Shown here one piece after another: positions 17,736-26,821 of a DNA stretch of 30,400 bases. Under the pieces are notes generated by a model. It was not told the origin of the DNA. It ran no database searches and saw nothing but the letters and a program-made list of their open reading frames with translations. This DNA is from a virus (taxonomy: Duplodnaviria > Caudoviricetes). The DNA is taken from the IMG/VR virus record IMGVR_UViG_3300020043_002368, positions 1 through 30,400 of that record, one strand, 5' to 3'. The number at the start of each line of letters is the position of its first letter. Positions within the stretch are counted from its first letter, which is position 1. The position numbers and the translations under genes were made by a program.

Positions 17736-18269
17736 ATGTCTACATCATGTAATTTATCAGCAGCAATCGCTTTAGACTGTTTAGATGCTATCGGGGGTAT
17801 TAAAACACTTTGGGTATCTTCTGACTTTGAATATGCTACTGTTACTGCAGGTGCTACTGCAGGTATCACAGCATTGACCGGAGCAACTGGAACATTCTAC
17901 CAGGTGCAGGTGGCAAAAGATGTTGCGTCTTTCACAGAGACTTTCAACATCTCTAACACCAACGGAACAGCATTCTTCACTCAGGAAGTTACTATCCCAG
18001 TTCAACACCTTTCCTCTGCTAAGAGAGCACAAATTCAGTTGCTTGCTTACAACAGAGCGTCTCGCGTTGTATTTGAAGATAACAACGGTCTATACTGGAT
18101 GGTTGGTCTTACCAGAGGTTGCGTAATCTCAACAGGAACCACCACAACCGGAACAGCCCCTGGAGATGCTACTCAGTATTCTTTCGTCCTACAGGCGATG
18201 GAACCAGCAATGGCTTACCAGGTAAACACCCTTGCTTCCCTAACCGGAACATCATTCGTCGACGCCTAA
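17736..18269 (+). CDS. Major tail tube protein
   Basis: C.D.IGGIK, NGTAFFTQEV, EDNNG.YW.VG...G motifs; 177 aa. Confidence 0.7.
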   Translation: MSTSCNLSAAIALDCLDAIGGIKTLWVSSDFEYATVTAGATAGITALTGATGTFYQVQVAKDVASFTETFNISNTNGTAFFTQEVTIPVQHLSSAKRAQIQLLAYNRASRVVFEDNNGLYWMVGLTRGCVISTGTTTTGTAPGDATQYSFVLQAMEPAMAYQVNTLASLTGTSFVDA

Positions 18270-18300
18270 GACCCAAAAAGGCGCATCTATTTTCCTAAAC

Positions 18301-18330
18301 AGCCCCGGGTTTTTGATATTTCCCGGGGCT
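18301..18330 (+). terminator. GC-rich stem-loop after the tail tube gene
   Basis: AGCCCCGGG / CCCGGGGCT followed by TGTTGT. Confidence 0.65.
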
Positions 18331-18335
18331 TGTTG

Positions 18336-18362
18336 TGTCAGTTGCATGAGTTTTTATACTTA
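18336..18362 (+). promoter_or_regulatory. Putative late promoter TGTCA-N14-TATACTTA
   Basis: Immediately after the hairpin; ends 8 nt before ATG 18371. Confidence 0.7.
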
Positions 18363-18370
18363 GACCTAAG

Positions 18371-18679
18371 ATGCTAAACTTCATACAGGGAACAACCGGA
18401 CCGGCAATCATCTATGCGAATACTATTTCCAACGATGACATAACCTACGGAAACTATTTTTTGTTCGGGTTTCAAAGCACTTACTCTAAAAGGTGGAAGT
18501 ATATTGTTCCGACTGTTGACGAAAGAAACGAAAGATACATTCAGTTTACTGTCGGGGCTACGGGGCTAACTGAAATGCAGAACTGGACTTACCAGTGTTG
18601 GAATTTTGATTTCCCTGCAACCGGACCTTCTGGAGGTTTATTGATTGACCAAGGACAAATGTTTTTGACACCAGCATGA
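18371..18679 (+). CDS. Putative virion protein (paralog of the next gene)
   Basis: IIYANTISN.D..YG.YFLFGFQ shared with 18676..19308. Confidence 0.7.
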   Translation: MLNFIQGTTGPAIIYANTISNDDITYGNYFLFGFQSTYSKRWKYIVPTVDERNERYIQFTVGATGLTEMQNWTYQCWNFDFPATGPSGGLLIDQGQMFLTPA

Positions 18680-19308
18680 TAAATTTAACCGCAGGGGAAA
18701 CCAACCAAATAATCATCTACGCAGATACTATCTCCAATGCGGACGTTAGTTATGGGGATTACTTTCTATTTGGTTTTCAGGACACATTTTCCAAAGAATG
18801 GTTCTACGTTATTCCGGACTACACGACCAGAAACACCAGATACATCAACTTTCAAATTCTGGTTTCAAGTGCTTGTATCGACGAGCCGGAATATGCAGCA
18901 ATCTTTCTGCAGCTACCTGGCAACTGGACATACAAACTGTGGAACATGGTTTCACCGTCGTTGGACCCAGCAGATGGAGATCTAATCGATCAGGGACAAG
19001 CTTATCTAAATCCCTACAATCCGCCAGAAGTTGGTTTCATCGAATATCAATCCGACAACAACAACCTCGAATCTGAGGTCTACATGTATGAGCAAGCGAT
19101 AGAATATGTTTCCTATCAGTCCGACAATGAGAATCTTCGTTCCATCGTCTACTATTCAGGAGAATTCTTCTGCTGCGTTATCAACGAATACAACTCACCC
19201 TATGTGGTTTCCGAATTCCAAGAATCAAACTGCGACCCTCTGTATGTTACAGATCTTGGTTTCTTAGACATTACAGAAACAGGGGAACTTTACATAAATG
19301 CAATATAA
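18676..19308 (+). CDS. Putative virion protein with C-terminal YQSDN repeats
   Basis: ATGA overlap; N-terminal domain paralogous to 18371. Confidence 0.7.
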   Translation: MINLTAGETNQIIIYADTISNADVSYGDYFLFGFQDTFSKEWFYVIPDYTTRNTRYINFQILVSSACIDEPEYAAIFLQLPGNWTYKLWNMVSPSLDPADGDLIDQGQAYLNPYNPPEVGFIEYQSDNNNLESEVYMYEQAIEYVSYQSDNENLRSIVYYSGEFFCCVINEYNSPYVVSEFQESNCDPLYVTDLGFLDITETGELYINAI

Positions 19309-19317
19309 AATAAAACA

Positions 19318-22300
19318 ATGGCAGGAAGACTAAGATTAGGAGCAACGGGAGGACAGATAGAAATTTCATATTCTGGAACTACCCCTGCAACTGCACAAGC
19401 AAATTATCTAAATGTGTTCGTCAACAATGACGGACAATTAGCAAGTATCGGAGCTACCGGGAACGTTATTATCTACGGCGAAATGGGCAGCGGAACTTCG
19501 GGAACAAGTGGTTCCTCTGGAACAAGTGGAAGTTCAGGCAGTTCAGGAACAAGTGGCAGTTCAGGCAGTTCAGGAACAAGCGGAAGTTCAGGCAGTTCAG
19601 GAACAAGCGGAAGTTCAGGCAGTTCAGGCACAAGTGGAAGTTCAGGCAGTTCAGGAACAAGTGGAAGTTCAGGCACAAGTGGAAGTTCAGGCAGTTCTGG
19701 AACTTCGGGAGTAAGTGGAAGCAGCGGATCAGCAGGAAGCAGCGGAACTTCGGGTTCATCAGGAACAAGTGGCACAAGTGGATCTTCGGGAACAAGTGGA
19801 ACAGATGGAGCAACGGGTTCTTCGGGTTCGTCAGGTTCTTCTGGAACAAGTGGAAGTTCAGGAACAGATGGCACAAGTGGTTCCTCGGGTTCTTCAGGCA
19901 CAAGCGGGGATTCACCTAATTACAGTGCACTCTCTTATGATACAGTTTCTATTGGAACAGGTTTAAAATCTTTCAATGTTCAAACAGGACTGTCTTTCAC
20001 ACCTGGTCAATATGTGGTTGCTGCTAATTCAAGTTCATTTTACATGACAGGCCCGATTACAGTTTACAATTCCGGAACTGGTATTTTAACAATTAATGTT
20101 CAAAATACAGTGGGTTCTGGAACTTATTCTGTATGGTTCATAAATTTAGCTGCAGAAAATGGAACTTCTGGCACAAGTGGAACAAGTGGCAGTTCAGGAT
20201 CTTCGGGAACAAGTGGAACAAGTGGAACAGATGGAGCAATAGGTTCTTCGGGTTCTTCGGGAACAAGTGGCAGTTCAGGTTCTTCGGGAACAAGTGGCAG
20301 TTCAGGCACAAGTGGCAGTTCAGGTTCTTCGGGCACAAGTGGAACAGATGGAGCAACAGGTTCTTCTGGTTCGTCAGGCACAAGTGGAAGTTCAGGTTCT
20401 TCTGGAACAAGCGGAAGTTCAGGAACAGATGGAACTTCGGGTTCGTCAGGCACAAGTGGCAGTTCAGGTTCTTCTGGAACAAGTGGAAGTTCAGGAACAG
20501 ATGGAACTTCGGGTTCATCAGGCACAAGTGGCAGTTCAGGATCTTCTGGAACAGATGGAACTTCGGGTTCGTCAGGCACAAGTGGCATAAACGGAACTTC
20601 AGGGACAAGCGGAACAAGTGGAGTAAATGGAGCAACAGGTCCACAGGGGGAACCGGGATTTTCTAACTCTTTCTTCAACTACGAAGCAAAGACCAACTCC
20701 CAATCAGGAGATCCTGGAGCTGGTTTTATCCTTTGGAACAATGTAACACAGGCATCTGCTACTGAACTAAACATTAGCGACGAAGACAATAATGGAAACA
20801 ACGTTGATATTTTCCTTGCTAATCTTATTGCAGGTTCTACTATCACAATTCAAGATAAAACAAACCAATCAAACTATCAAACTTGGATTTTAGGAACTCC
20901 AGTGGATAACACCACCTACTGGACACTTCCAGTTACCTTGGGCACTTCCACACATTCGTTCAGCAACAACGACCAGATCCTATTCATCTTGGTGGCAACC
21001 CCTTCAGGCACAAGTGGAACATCGGGGAGTTCTGGAACAAGTGGTTCTTCGGGAACAGATGGAACTTCTGGCAGCAGCGGAACTTCTGGCAGCAGCGGAA
21101 CAAGTGGCAGTTCAGGAACAAGTGGAACAGATGGAGCAACAGGTTCGTCAGGAACTTCCGGAACAAGTGGAAGTTCAGGAACAGATGGAACTTCGGGTTC
21201 ATCAGGCACAAGCGGAACAAGCGGTATTTCAGGTTCTTCTGGAACAAGTGGAACAAGCGGTATTTCAGGAGCAACAGGTGCAACAGGAGCAGCAGGACTT
21301 GGACTAAACACTAAGAACATCTACATCGGAGGAACAGCAGGTTGGTATCCTTGGATCGATGTTCCTGTGTGCGGAGCAACCCCTTGTGGTTATGCTTACG
21401 ACGTTGTCTTTTCTGAACCTTTTGCAAGCACTTCTTATTCTATAGATTTTGAGGCTACTTCAGCAACTGGTGGAGTAATCAATGGGTATACATCAGTATC
21501 AAGTAATTCAGGTGGAAATGCAGGAGTTTCTATCCAAAATAAGACGGTCAATGGATTTACAATTATATGGTTCGATTACTTCAATTTCAATACAAGTTTT
21601 AGTTCTGGATATGCTACATGTATAGCATCTGGGGAATCTTCGGTTGTTGGAATAGGTCTTTCTGCTAAGAATATAGGAATTACAGGAGGACAATTTACTT
21701 GGGTTCCTCCCGGACTTACTGGGGGTTATCCATTTTCTCAATACTCTTATTACGAATGGACTTTCTCACAACCATTTGCTTCTACTGATTATTCGGTGGA
21801 TGTTCAATGGGGGGATCCTTCTAATACAGGTGGACTATTTTCTGTCCAAAATGCTTGGTCTGATTTATCAGATTCGGGAGTTGGAGCTTATATCTTCTTA
21901 GATAATAAAACTACTTCAGGAATTAGAATTTCAATAGGTTATGATATGCCTAATTTATATCCTGATACAGTATTTTACGCTCAAGCGATTGCACTTGGAG
22001 AAACTGCAGTTCCTGGAGGACAAGGACCACAAGGACCAACAGGACCTGCACTAACAGTTTACGGACCAACTGGTTTTCTTGCTTCTGATGTTGCTACAAT
22101 CGGGTTGACCGGTTCTGGAATATCTGCTACTTCGGTTACAGGCAGCAGAGTGGACTTCACCATTTCAGGAGGTGGTGGAGGAGGTTCTACCCCAATCAGA
22201 TTGACTAACCAAACTCTGGCAACAGGAGGATGGGCTTTAGTTGGTTCTTATTGGCAGTATGTGTTTACCAACATTAACATCACAGCTTCTACTGTGGTTG

Positions 22301-22452
22301 ATTTTACACCTTATTTGTCAAGCACATTCACAGTAACTGCTTCTAACGTTTATCCATACGTTTTTGCAACCGGAGGTTCTGCTACCTTCTATGCAGATTT
22401 TTCACCATCTTCTCCAATCACAGGAGACATCGTAATAACAACAGTATCATAA
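19318..22452 (+). CDS. Collagen-like (Gly-Ser/Thr) fibre protein with duplicated C-terminal domains
   Basis: Three G-X-Y blocks (GTS/GSS/GAT/GTD) separated by globular domains. Confidence 0.75.
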   Translation: MAGRLRLGATGGQIEISYSGTTPATAQANYLNVFVNNDGQLASIGATGNVIIYGEMGSGTSGTSGSSGTSGSSGSSGTSGSSGSSGTSGSSGSSGTSGSSGSSGTSGSSGSSGTSGSSGTSGSSGSSGTSGVSGSSGSAGSSGTSGSSGTSGTSGSSGTSGTDGATGSSGSSGSSGTSGSSGTDGTSGSSGSSGTSGDSPNYSALSYDTVSIGTGLKSFNVQTGLSFTPGQYVVAANSSSFYMTGPITVYNSGTGILTINVQNTVGSGTYSVWFINLAAENGTSGTSGTSGSSGSSGTSGTSGTDGAIGSSGSSGTSGSSGSSGTSGSSGTSGSSGSSGTSGTDGATGSSGSSGTSGSSGSSGTSGSSGTDGTSGSSGTSGSSGSSGTSGSSGTDGTSGSSGTSGSSGSSGTDGTSGSSGTSGINGTSGTSGTSGVNGATGPQGEPGFSNSFFNYEAKTNSQSGDPGAGFILWNNVTQASATELNISDEDNNGNNVDIFLANLIAGSTITIQDKTNQSNYQTWILGTPVDNTTYWTLPVTLGTSTHSFSNNDQILFILVATPSGTSGTSGSSGTSGSSGTDGTSGSSGTSGSSGTSGSSGTSGTDGATGSSGTSGTSGSSGTDGTSGSSGTSGTSGISGSSGTSGTSGISGATGATGAAGLGLNTKNIYIGGTAGWYPWIDVPVCGATPCGYAYDVVFSEPFASTSYSIDFEATSATGGVINGYTSVSSNSGGNAGVSIQNKTVNGFTIIWFDYFNFNTSFSSGYATCIASGESSVVGIGLSAKNIGITGGQFTWVPPGLTGGYPFSQYSYYEWTFSQPFASTDYSVDVQWGDPSNTGGLFSVQNAWSDLSDSGVGAYIFLDNKTTSGIRISIGYDMPNLYPDTVFYAQAIALGETAVPGGQGPQGPTGPALTVYGPTGFLASDVATIGLTGSGISATSVTGSRVDFTISGGGGGGSTPIRLTNQTLATGGWALVGSYWQYVFTNINITASTVVDFTPYLSSTFTVTASNVYPYVFATGGSATFYADFSPSSPITGDIVITTVS
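19486..19908 (+). repeat. Degenerate 9-bp-unit coding repeats, block 1
   Basis: GGAACAAGT/GGAAGTTCA/GGCAGTTCA units. Confidence 0.9.
20161..20655 (+). repeat. Degenerate 9-bp-unit coding repeats, block 2
   Basis: Same units, ending in GPQGEP. Confidence 0.9.
21004..21297 (+). repeat. Degenerate 9-bp-unit coding repeats, block 3
   Basis: Same units, ending in GATGATGAAG. Confidence 0.9.
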
Positions 22453-22453
22453 T

Positions 22454-24652
22454 ATGGCATTTAATTTAGCAAATACTTTCTCCCAATCTAAGAAACCAAC
22501 TTCTACACAAACCTGGACAAGACCAGGAGATTGGCCAACCATCACAGATTCTCCTGGCAAATGGCAAGCTTTGGTTTCCAATGCTCTATTCAGTAAATAC
22601 GAAATTAAAACTGCTTTCGTTGCACCCAGCGGACAAAATCTGTATGTTGACTGGGGGGACGGAACTATTGACACAATTACCACTCCTGCAGAAACTTTTA
22701 CGACCCACACCTATTCGACGGGAGGAACTCCTTGTTCGAGAGGTTATGATACTTGGGTGGTTCAAGTTTATACTGACGCAGGAGGAACAGTTTTATGTCC
22801 TTCTTTTATGCCGGATGGTGGAGATGGAGATCCTTTTGGAACCAGAGGTGTCGGAGTTTTAGAAGTTGTCTTTGGAGACGATATTGAGTTCGATACATCT
22901 GGTGCAAATCCATCTTCAGCTATTGGACCAATGAGACCATTTTTATTGGAATACGTTAAATTACCAGCAACTATGGTTACCAATGGTTCTCCTGATTTCA
23001 TAATATCTTCTTCATATTGCTACAGTTTAGCAAAAGTTGTAATGCCGATTTCTGCTCCTAACACAACGAACTATGCAAACGCTTTTACATCTTGCTTTAA
23101 TCTTCTGGGAGAAATAGTTATTCCACAGGATTCCTTAGGAATAACATCGATGTCGGCTGCATTTCAAAACTGCACAAATGTAACTTCTGTTATTCTCCCA
23201 CCGACGATGAGTTCGTGCACCAACTTTATCTCTGCTTTTAATACAACCGGAATTAGATCTATTGTTATTCCTTCCAATCCTTGTTCAGCTAACTGGAGTT
23301 CAGCTTTTTCGAACTCCAGATTTTTAACTTATATTAAATTTGAAGAGTTAACTACTACTGGAAATATAGATTGGGGACAACTTTGCAATGGATGTTCAAG
23401 TCTAATGTCTTTTGTGATGCCTGCATCTGCACCTACTGGACAAGTTTTGATCTTGGGATCAAACACATTTAACACATGTGTTTCCCTTCAATCCTTAACT
23501 TTTCCCGCAAATGTTGACACAAACATTTCAGGAACTGTTTTTCAGAATCTTTACAATTTATTGAGCGTTACTTGGCAGTCTAATGCTCCTTCTATATCTT
23601 CCTTTACATCCATGTTCTCTGGATGTTTTGCACTACAATCGGTTACCCTTCCTTCTGTTATTACTGCTGGAGCTATTTCGATGTCGGCTGCATTTCAAAA
23701 CTGCAGATCTTTATCTACGATTACAATTCCTTCAGCCTGGAATTTAGGCACAATGGCAAATACATTTCAAAACTGTGTTGGTCTAAAAACTGCTTATCTT
23801 CCTAATAACTCTCAGAATAACATAACTTTTATGACAAGCACTTTTAATACTTGCACGTCATTAACTTCTGTTGTTATGCCAACTTCTTTGACCGGAGTAA
23901 CAACGATGGCAAATGCATTTCAAAACTGTTTTAGTTTACAATCATTAACCCTACCGTCTACTATGAACGCTTGCACTACGATGACTTCAGCTTTTTCGGG
24001 TTGTTCTGCTTTACAGTCGATAACACTTCCAACTTCTATGACTGCAATGACTACAACAGGATTAGCTTCTATTTTTTCTGCTTGCTATTCTTTAAGAAAT
24101 GTTGTTATGCCGGCGACGGTTGCTGCAACAATATCTTCTTATCTTAATGCTTTCCAAAACTCAGGAGTTTCAACGGTTACTCTTCCAACAACTCAAACAA
24201 CATCAGTTGCTACAATACAAAACATGTTTACTGGTTGCTATAATCTAAAAACTGTAACCAACATGGATAAGATAGGAAACACCGCCACAAACGGAACTAT
24301 AGTAACTGCACAGACTTTTGCTAACTTGTCTCCTAATTTAACTTCGGTAACTTTGGCATGTCGTCTTTCTAAATTAGAACTTCAATCAGTGGGTTCACAA
24401 CCACCTTCTGCATTGGCTTCAGTTAGATTGACAAATACAGGAACTGGGCAATGGACAGGAACTTCTCCACAGATAGATGTTTCTACCACCGGACTTTCTA
24501 CGGCAGCACTAAACACACTTTTTGCGGACATGGCAGCACAAGGAAACGTTGTTTCTAAAACAATAAATATTACTAATGCAACTGGAGCAGCAGGACTTAC
24601 CGCAGCAGATAGATTGGTTATCACATCAAAAGGTTGGACAATAACAGGATAA
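22454..24652 (+). CDS. BspA/DUF285-like leucine-rich repeat protein, putative receptor-binding or surface protein
   Basis: WTRPGDWP and VDWGDG at the N-terminus; many F..C..L..V.LP repeats; KGWTITG end. Confidence 0.75.
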   Translation: MAFNLANTFSQSKKPTSTQTWTRPGDWPTITDSPGKWQALVSNALFSKYEIKTAFVAPSGQNLYVDWGDGTIDTITTPAETFTTHTYSTGGTPCSRGYDTWVVQVYTDAGGTVLCPSFMPDGGDGDPFGTRGVGVLEVVFGDDIEFDTSGANPSSAIGPMRPFLLEYVKLPATMVTNGSPDFIISSSYCYSLAKVVMPISAPNTTNYANAFTSCFNLLGEIVIPQDSLGITSMSAAFQNCTNVTSVILPPTMSSCTNFISAFNTTGIRSIVIPSNPCSANWSSAFSNSRFLTYIKFEELTTTGNIDWGQLCNGCSSLMSFVMPASAPTGQVLILGSNTFNTCVSLQSLTFPANVDTNISGTVFQNLYNLLSVTWQSNAPSISSFTSMFSGCFALQSVTLPSVITAGAISMSAAFQNCRSLSTITIPSAWNLGTMANTFQNCVGLKTAYLPNNSQNNITFMTSTFNTCTSLTSVVMPTSLTGVTTMANAFQNCFSLQSLTLPSTMNACTTMTSAFSGCSALQSITLPTSMTAMTTTGLASIFSACYSLRNVVMPATVAATISSYLNAFQNSGVSTVTLPTTQTTSVATIQNMFTGCYNLKTVTNMDKIGNTATNGTIVTAQTFANLSPNLTSVTLACRLSKLELQSVGSQPPSALASVRLTNTGTGQWTGTSPQIDVSTTGLSTAALNTLFADMAAQGNVVSKTINITNATGAAGLTAADRLVITSKGWTITG

Positions 24653-24656
24653 AATT

Positions 24657-24869
24657 ATGGTATACAAATTATTTTTAGAAGAAGGTCAATTCAGAGACAA
24701 AACAACTTTAGAGCCCCGTAATATGCTCAAGGCAAATGTGGCTTGGACCCCAGAAGGGGAAAACGTTGGTTGGGACACCTTCGACACTGACGAAGAAGCA
24801 ATGGCGTTCTACAACATAGAAAAGACACCAGAGGAAGAAATTCCTGAAGAGGATGTCAGTTTAACCTAA
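24657..24869 (+). CDS. Small acidic protein following the LRR gene
   Basis: Tight packing; GWDTFDTDEEAMAFY; possibly a partner or chaperone (inference). Confidence 0.7.
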   Translation: MVYKLFLEEGQFRDKTTLEPRNMLKANVAWTPEGENVGWDTFDTDEEAMAFYNIEKTPEEEIPEEDVSLT

Positions 24870-24880
24870 AATTATACTTA
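24854..24880 (+). promoter_or_regulatory. Putative late promoter TGTCA-N14-TATACTTA (portal)
   Basis: Ends 6 nt before ATG 24887. Confidence 0.7.
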
Positions 24881-24886
24881 CAGTAA

Positions 24887-26056
24887 ATGGACAAAAAAAC
24901 AAACATCAACTTCCATAAGTTTTCTCAGCAAGTTCCAGATCCAACCCTTCCAAAGGTTTTTGAGGTTCGCGGGCACAGTTGGGTCAGCTATGGAATAGAC
25001 AATCTCTATCCGAACGCTCTCATTACCCCGCTCTACAATGGGTCGGCGATGAACCGCTCGTGTGTTAATTCGAAGCAGATCTACACCGTTGGTGAAGGAC
25101 TTCGCACCAAAGACCAGTCTCTGGAATATGTGCTGAAGAGAGCAAACTCTAAAATGGAGGGCTGGAACGAAGTTTTCGATCGTGCTTCTCTGGACTACAT
25201 CATCTACGGGGGCTTTGCGTTGAACATTATCTGGAACCAAACTGGAGATAAGATTATGGAAATCTATAATCTTGACTTTAACGATATTCGCTCGGGGCAT
25301 ATTAATCCAGAAACCGACGAAGTGGATTTCTACTACTACTCAGCAGATTGGGCAAAGTATAAAAAGGACATCTATAAGCCCAAGGCATTTAGAGCATTCG
25401 ATCCAGCTCAGGCAGATCTATACCCAAATCAGATTCTGTATTTTTTCCTGCACACACCGGGACAAAAATACTATCCTCTCCCAAGTTATTCTGGATCTCT
25501 AACAGATATTCAGGTGGACGTATCGATCAGCTCGTTCCACTATTTTAACCTTATGAACGGTTTAAATCCTTCACTTTTTGTGCAGATGATGGACGGCATA
25601 CCTTCACCAGAAGAACGTCAAGACATCTACCAGAATTTGGCTGCTTCCTTCTCCGGAGTGGAAGGGGCCGGGAAGTTTTTCCTTTCTTTCTGCAATGGGC
25701 CTGATACCAAAACCGAAATAACTCCGATAGAAGGGGCCAACGATGAATACTACATCACATTGGAGCAAAGGATTTCATCAAGAATTCTAACTGGACACAG
25801 AATTACATCTCCCCTCCTGCTTGGAATTAAGGACACTGGAGGTTCTTCCCTGTCGAACAACAAGGACGAAATTCTGGTTGCATCGGAGCACTTCAACACC
25901 ACGGTCATCAAACCAATCCAAAAGGTTCTGTTGAAGGCGTTCGATCGTCTTCTTTACTACTACGGGTATGACACAGAACTCTACATCGAGCCACTTCGTC
26001 TCTTTAACGAAGACAACCAACAAATCGGGGAAGCCCAAATCGACGCAATCGTATAA
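24887..26056 (+). CDS. Portal protein
   Basis: WVSYGIDNLYP, DYIIYGGFALNIIW, YYPLPSY, NGLNPS, HRITSPLLLGI motifs. Confidence 0.85.
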   Translation: MDKKTNINFHKFSQQVPDPTLPKVFEVRGHSWVSYGIDNLYPNALITPLYNGSAMNRSCVNSKQIYTVGEGLRTKDQSLEYVLKRANSKMEGWNEVFDRASLDYIIYGGFALNIIWNQTGDKIMEIYNLDFNDIRSGHINPETDEVDFYYYSADWAKYKKDIYKPKAFRAFDPAQADLYPNQILYFFLHTPGQKYYPLPSYSGSLTDIQVDVSISSFHYFNLMNGLNPSLFVQMMDGIPSPEERQDIYQNLAASFSGVEGAGKFFLSFCNGPDTKTEITPIEGANDEYYITLEQRISSRILTGHRITSPLLLGIKDTGGSSLSNNKDEILVASEHFNTTVIKPIQKVLLKAFDRLLYYYGYDTELYIEPLRLFNEDNQQIGEAQIDAIV

Positions 26057-26058
26057 CC

Positions 26059-26700
26059 ATGGCACTACAAGAAGTTTTATTCGTTTCTGAGGAGAAGCTC
26101 AAGTCATTCACCTCCATCAACAACAACGTTTCACCGTTGGACTTGATTCCCTACGTGCTACAAGCGCAGGACATCTACCTTCAAAACTACATCGGGGCAA
26201 CCTACTACATGCAGTTGAAGGAGCAGATTAGAACCAACACCCTCACGGCGGACAACACATTCCTGTTGGACAACTACATTGGATCCGCTCTCTGTAACTG
26301 GGCACTTGCTATGGCACTTCCTTGGTTAAAATATAAGGTGTTCAACAAGTCCGTGCTTTCTCCGTCTTCGGAATCTGCAGAATCCATCACCCTCGAAGAG
26401 TTAAACTTCCTCATCGAGCAGTGCAGGGGAACCGCAGAAACCTACACGAAGCGCATGATCGAATGGATGGTGCTTCATCCAGGAGCCTACCCAGCATACA
26501 TCACACCACAGGTTTTGGACGGACAGCTACCAGAGCGGGGCAATCCTTACTACAACTCTTTGGTTACTCCAAAGCAACCCTATGCTTGGCGCAGAGCTGG
26601 TGGCTACACCTCCAGAGATGCTGCAAATGTGGGCTGGTATGATAACGGCATGCAGTGCATGGAATGCGGACCTAACTTCTACCAATCTCCGGTAAACTAA
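26059..26700 (+). CDS. Head-tail adaptor/connector protein
   Basis: AQDIYLQNYIG..Y motif; directly after the portal. Confidence 0.7.
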   Translation: MALQEVLFVSEEKLKSFTSINNNVSPLDLIPYVLQAQDIYLQNYIGATYYMQLKEQIRTNTLTADNTFLLDNYIGSALCNWALAMALPWLKYKVFNKSVLSPSSESAESITLEELNFLIEQCRGTAETYTKRMIEWMVLHPGAYPAYITPQVLDGQLPERGNPYYNSLVTPKQPYAWRRAGGYTSRDAANVGWYDNGMQCMECGPNFYQSPVN

Positions 26701-26701
26701 C

Positions 26702-26818
26702 ATGCAAGATCCTAAGGTTAGACTGGCCAAGGTGTATAAATCTTCCGAGGCCAATGAGGCTAAGCTCAAGAAATATCTCTTTGCAAAAGAGAAACTTTCT
26801 GCAGATAAGAAGATATAA
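26702..26818 (+). CDS. 38-aa basic protein MQDPKVRLAKVYKSSEANEAKLKKYLFAKEKLSADKKI (below track cut-off)
   Basis: ATG 1 nt after the adaptor stop; translated by hand. Confidence 0.6.
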   Translation: MQDPKVRLAKVYKSSEANEAKLKKYLFAKEKLSADKKI

Positions 26819-26821
26819 TAT

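Noticed and set aside
19469-21320. Alternative-frame and antisense ORFs (PELPLV, QVEVQ, LNFHL repeats)
   Set aside because: Shadows of the 9-bp Gly-Ser/Thr repeats, which lack stops in other frames.
18371-22005. Diversity-generating retroelement template/variable repeats
   Set aside because: The duplications differ at all base types, not only adenines, and no reverse transcriptase is present.
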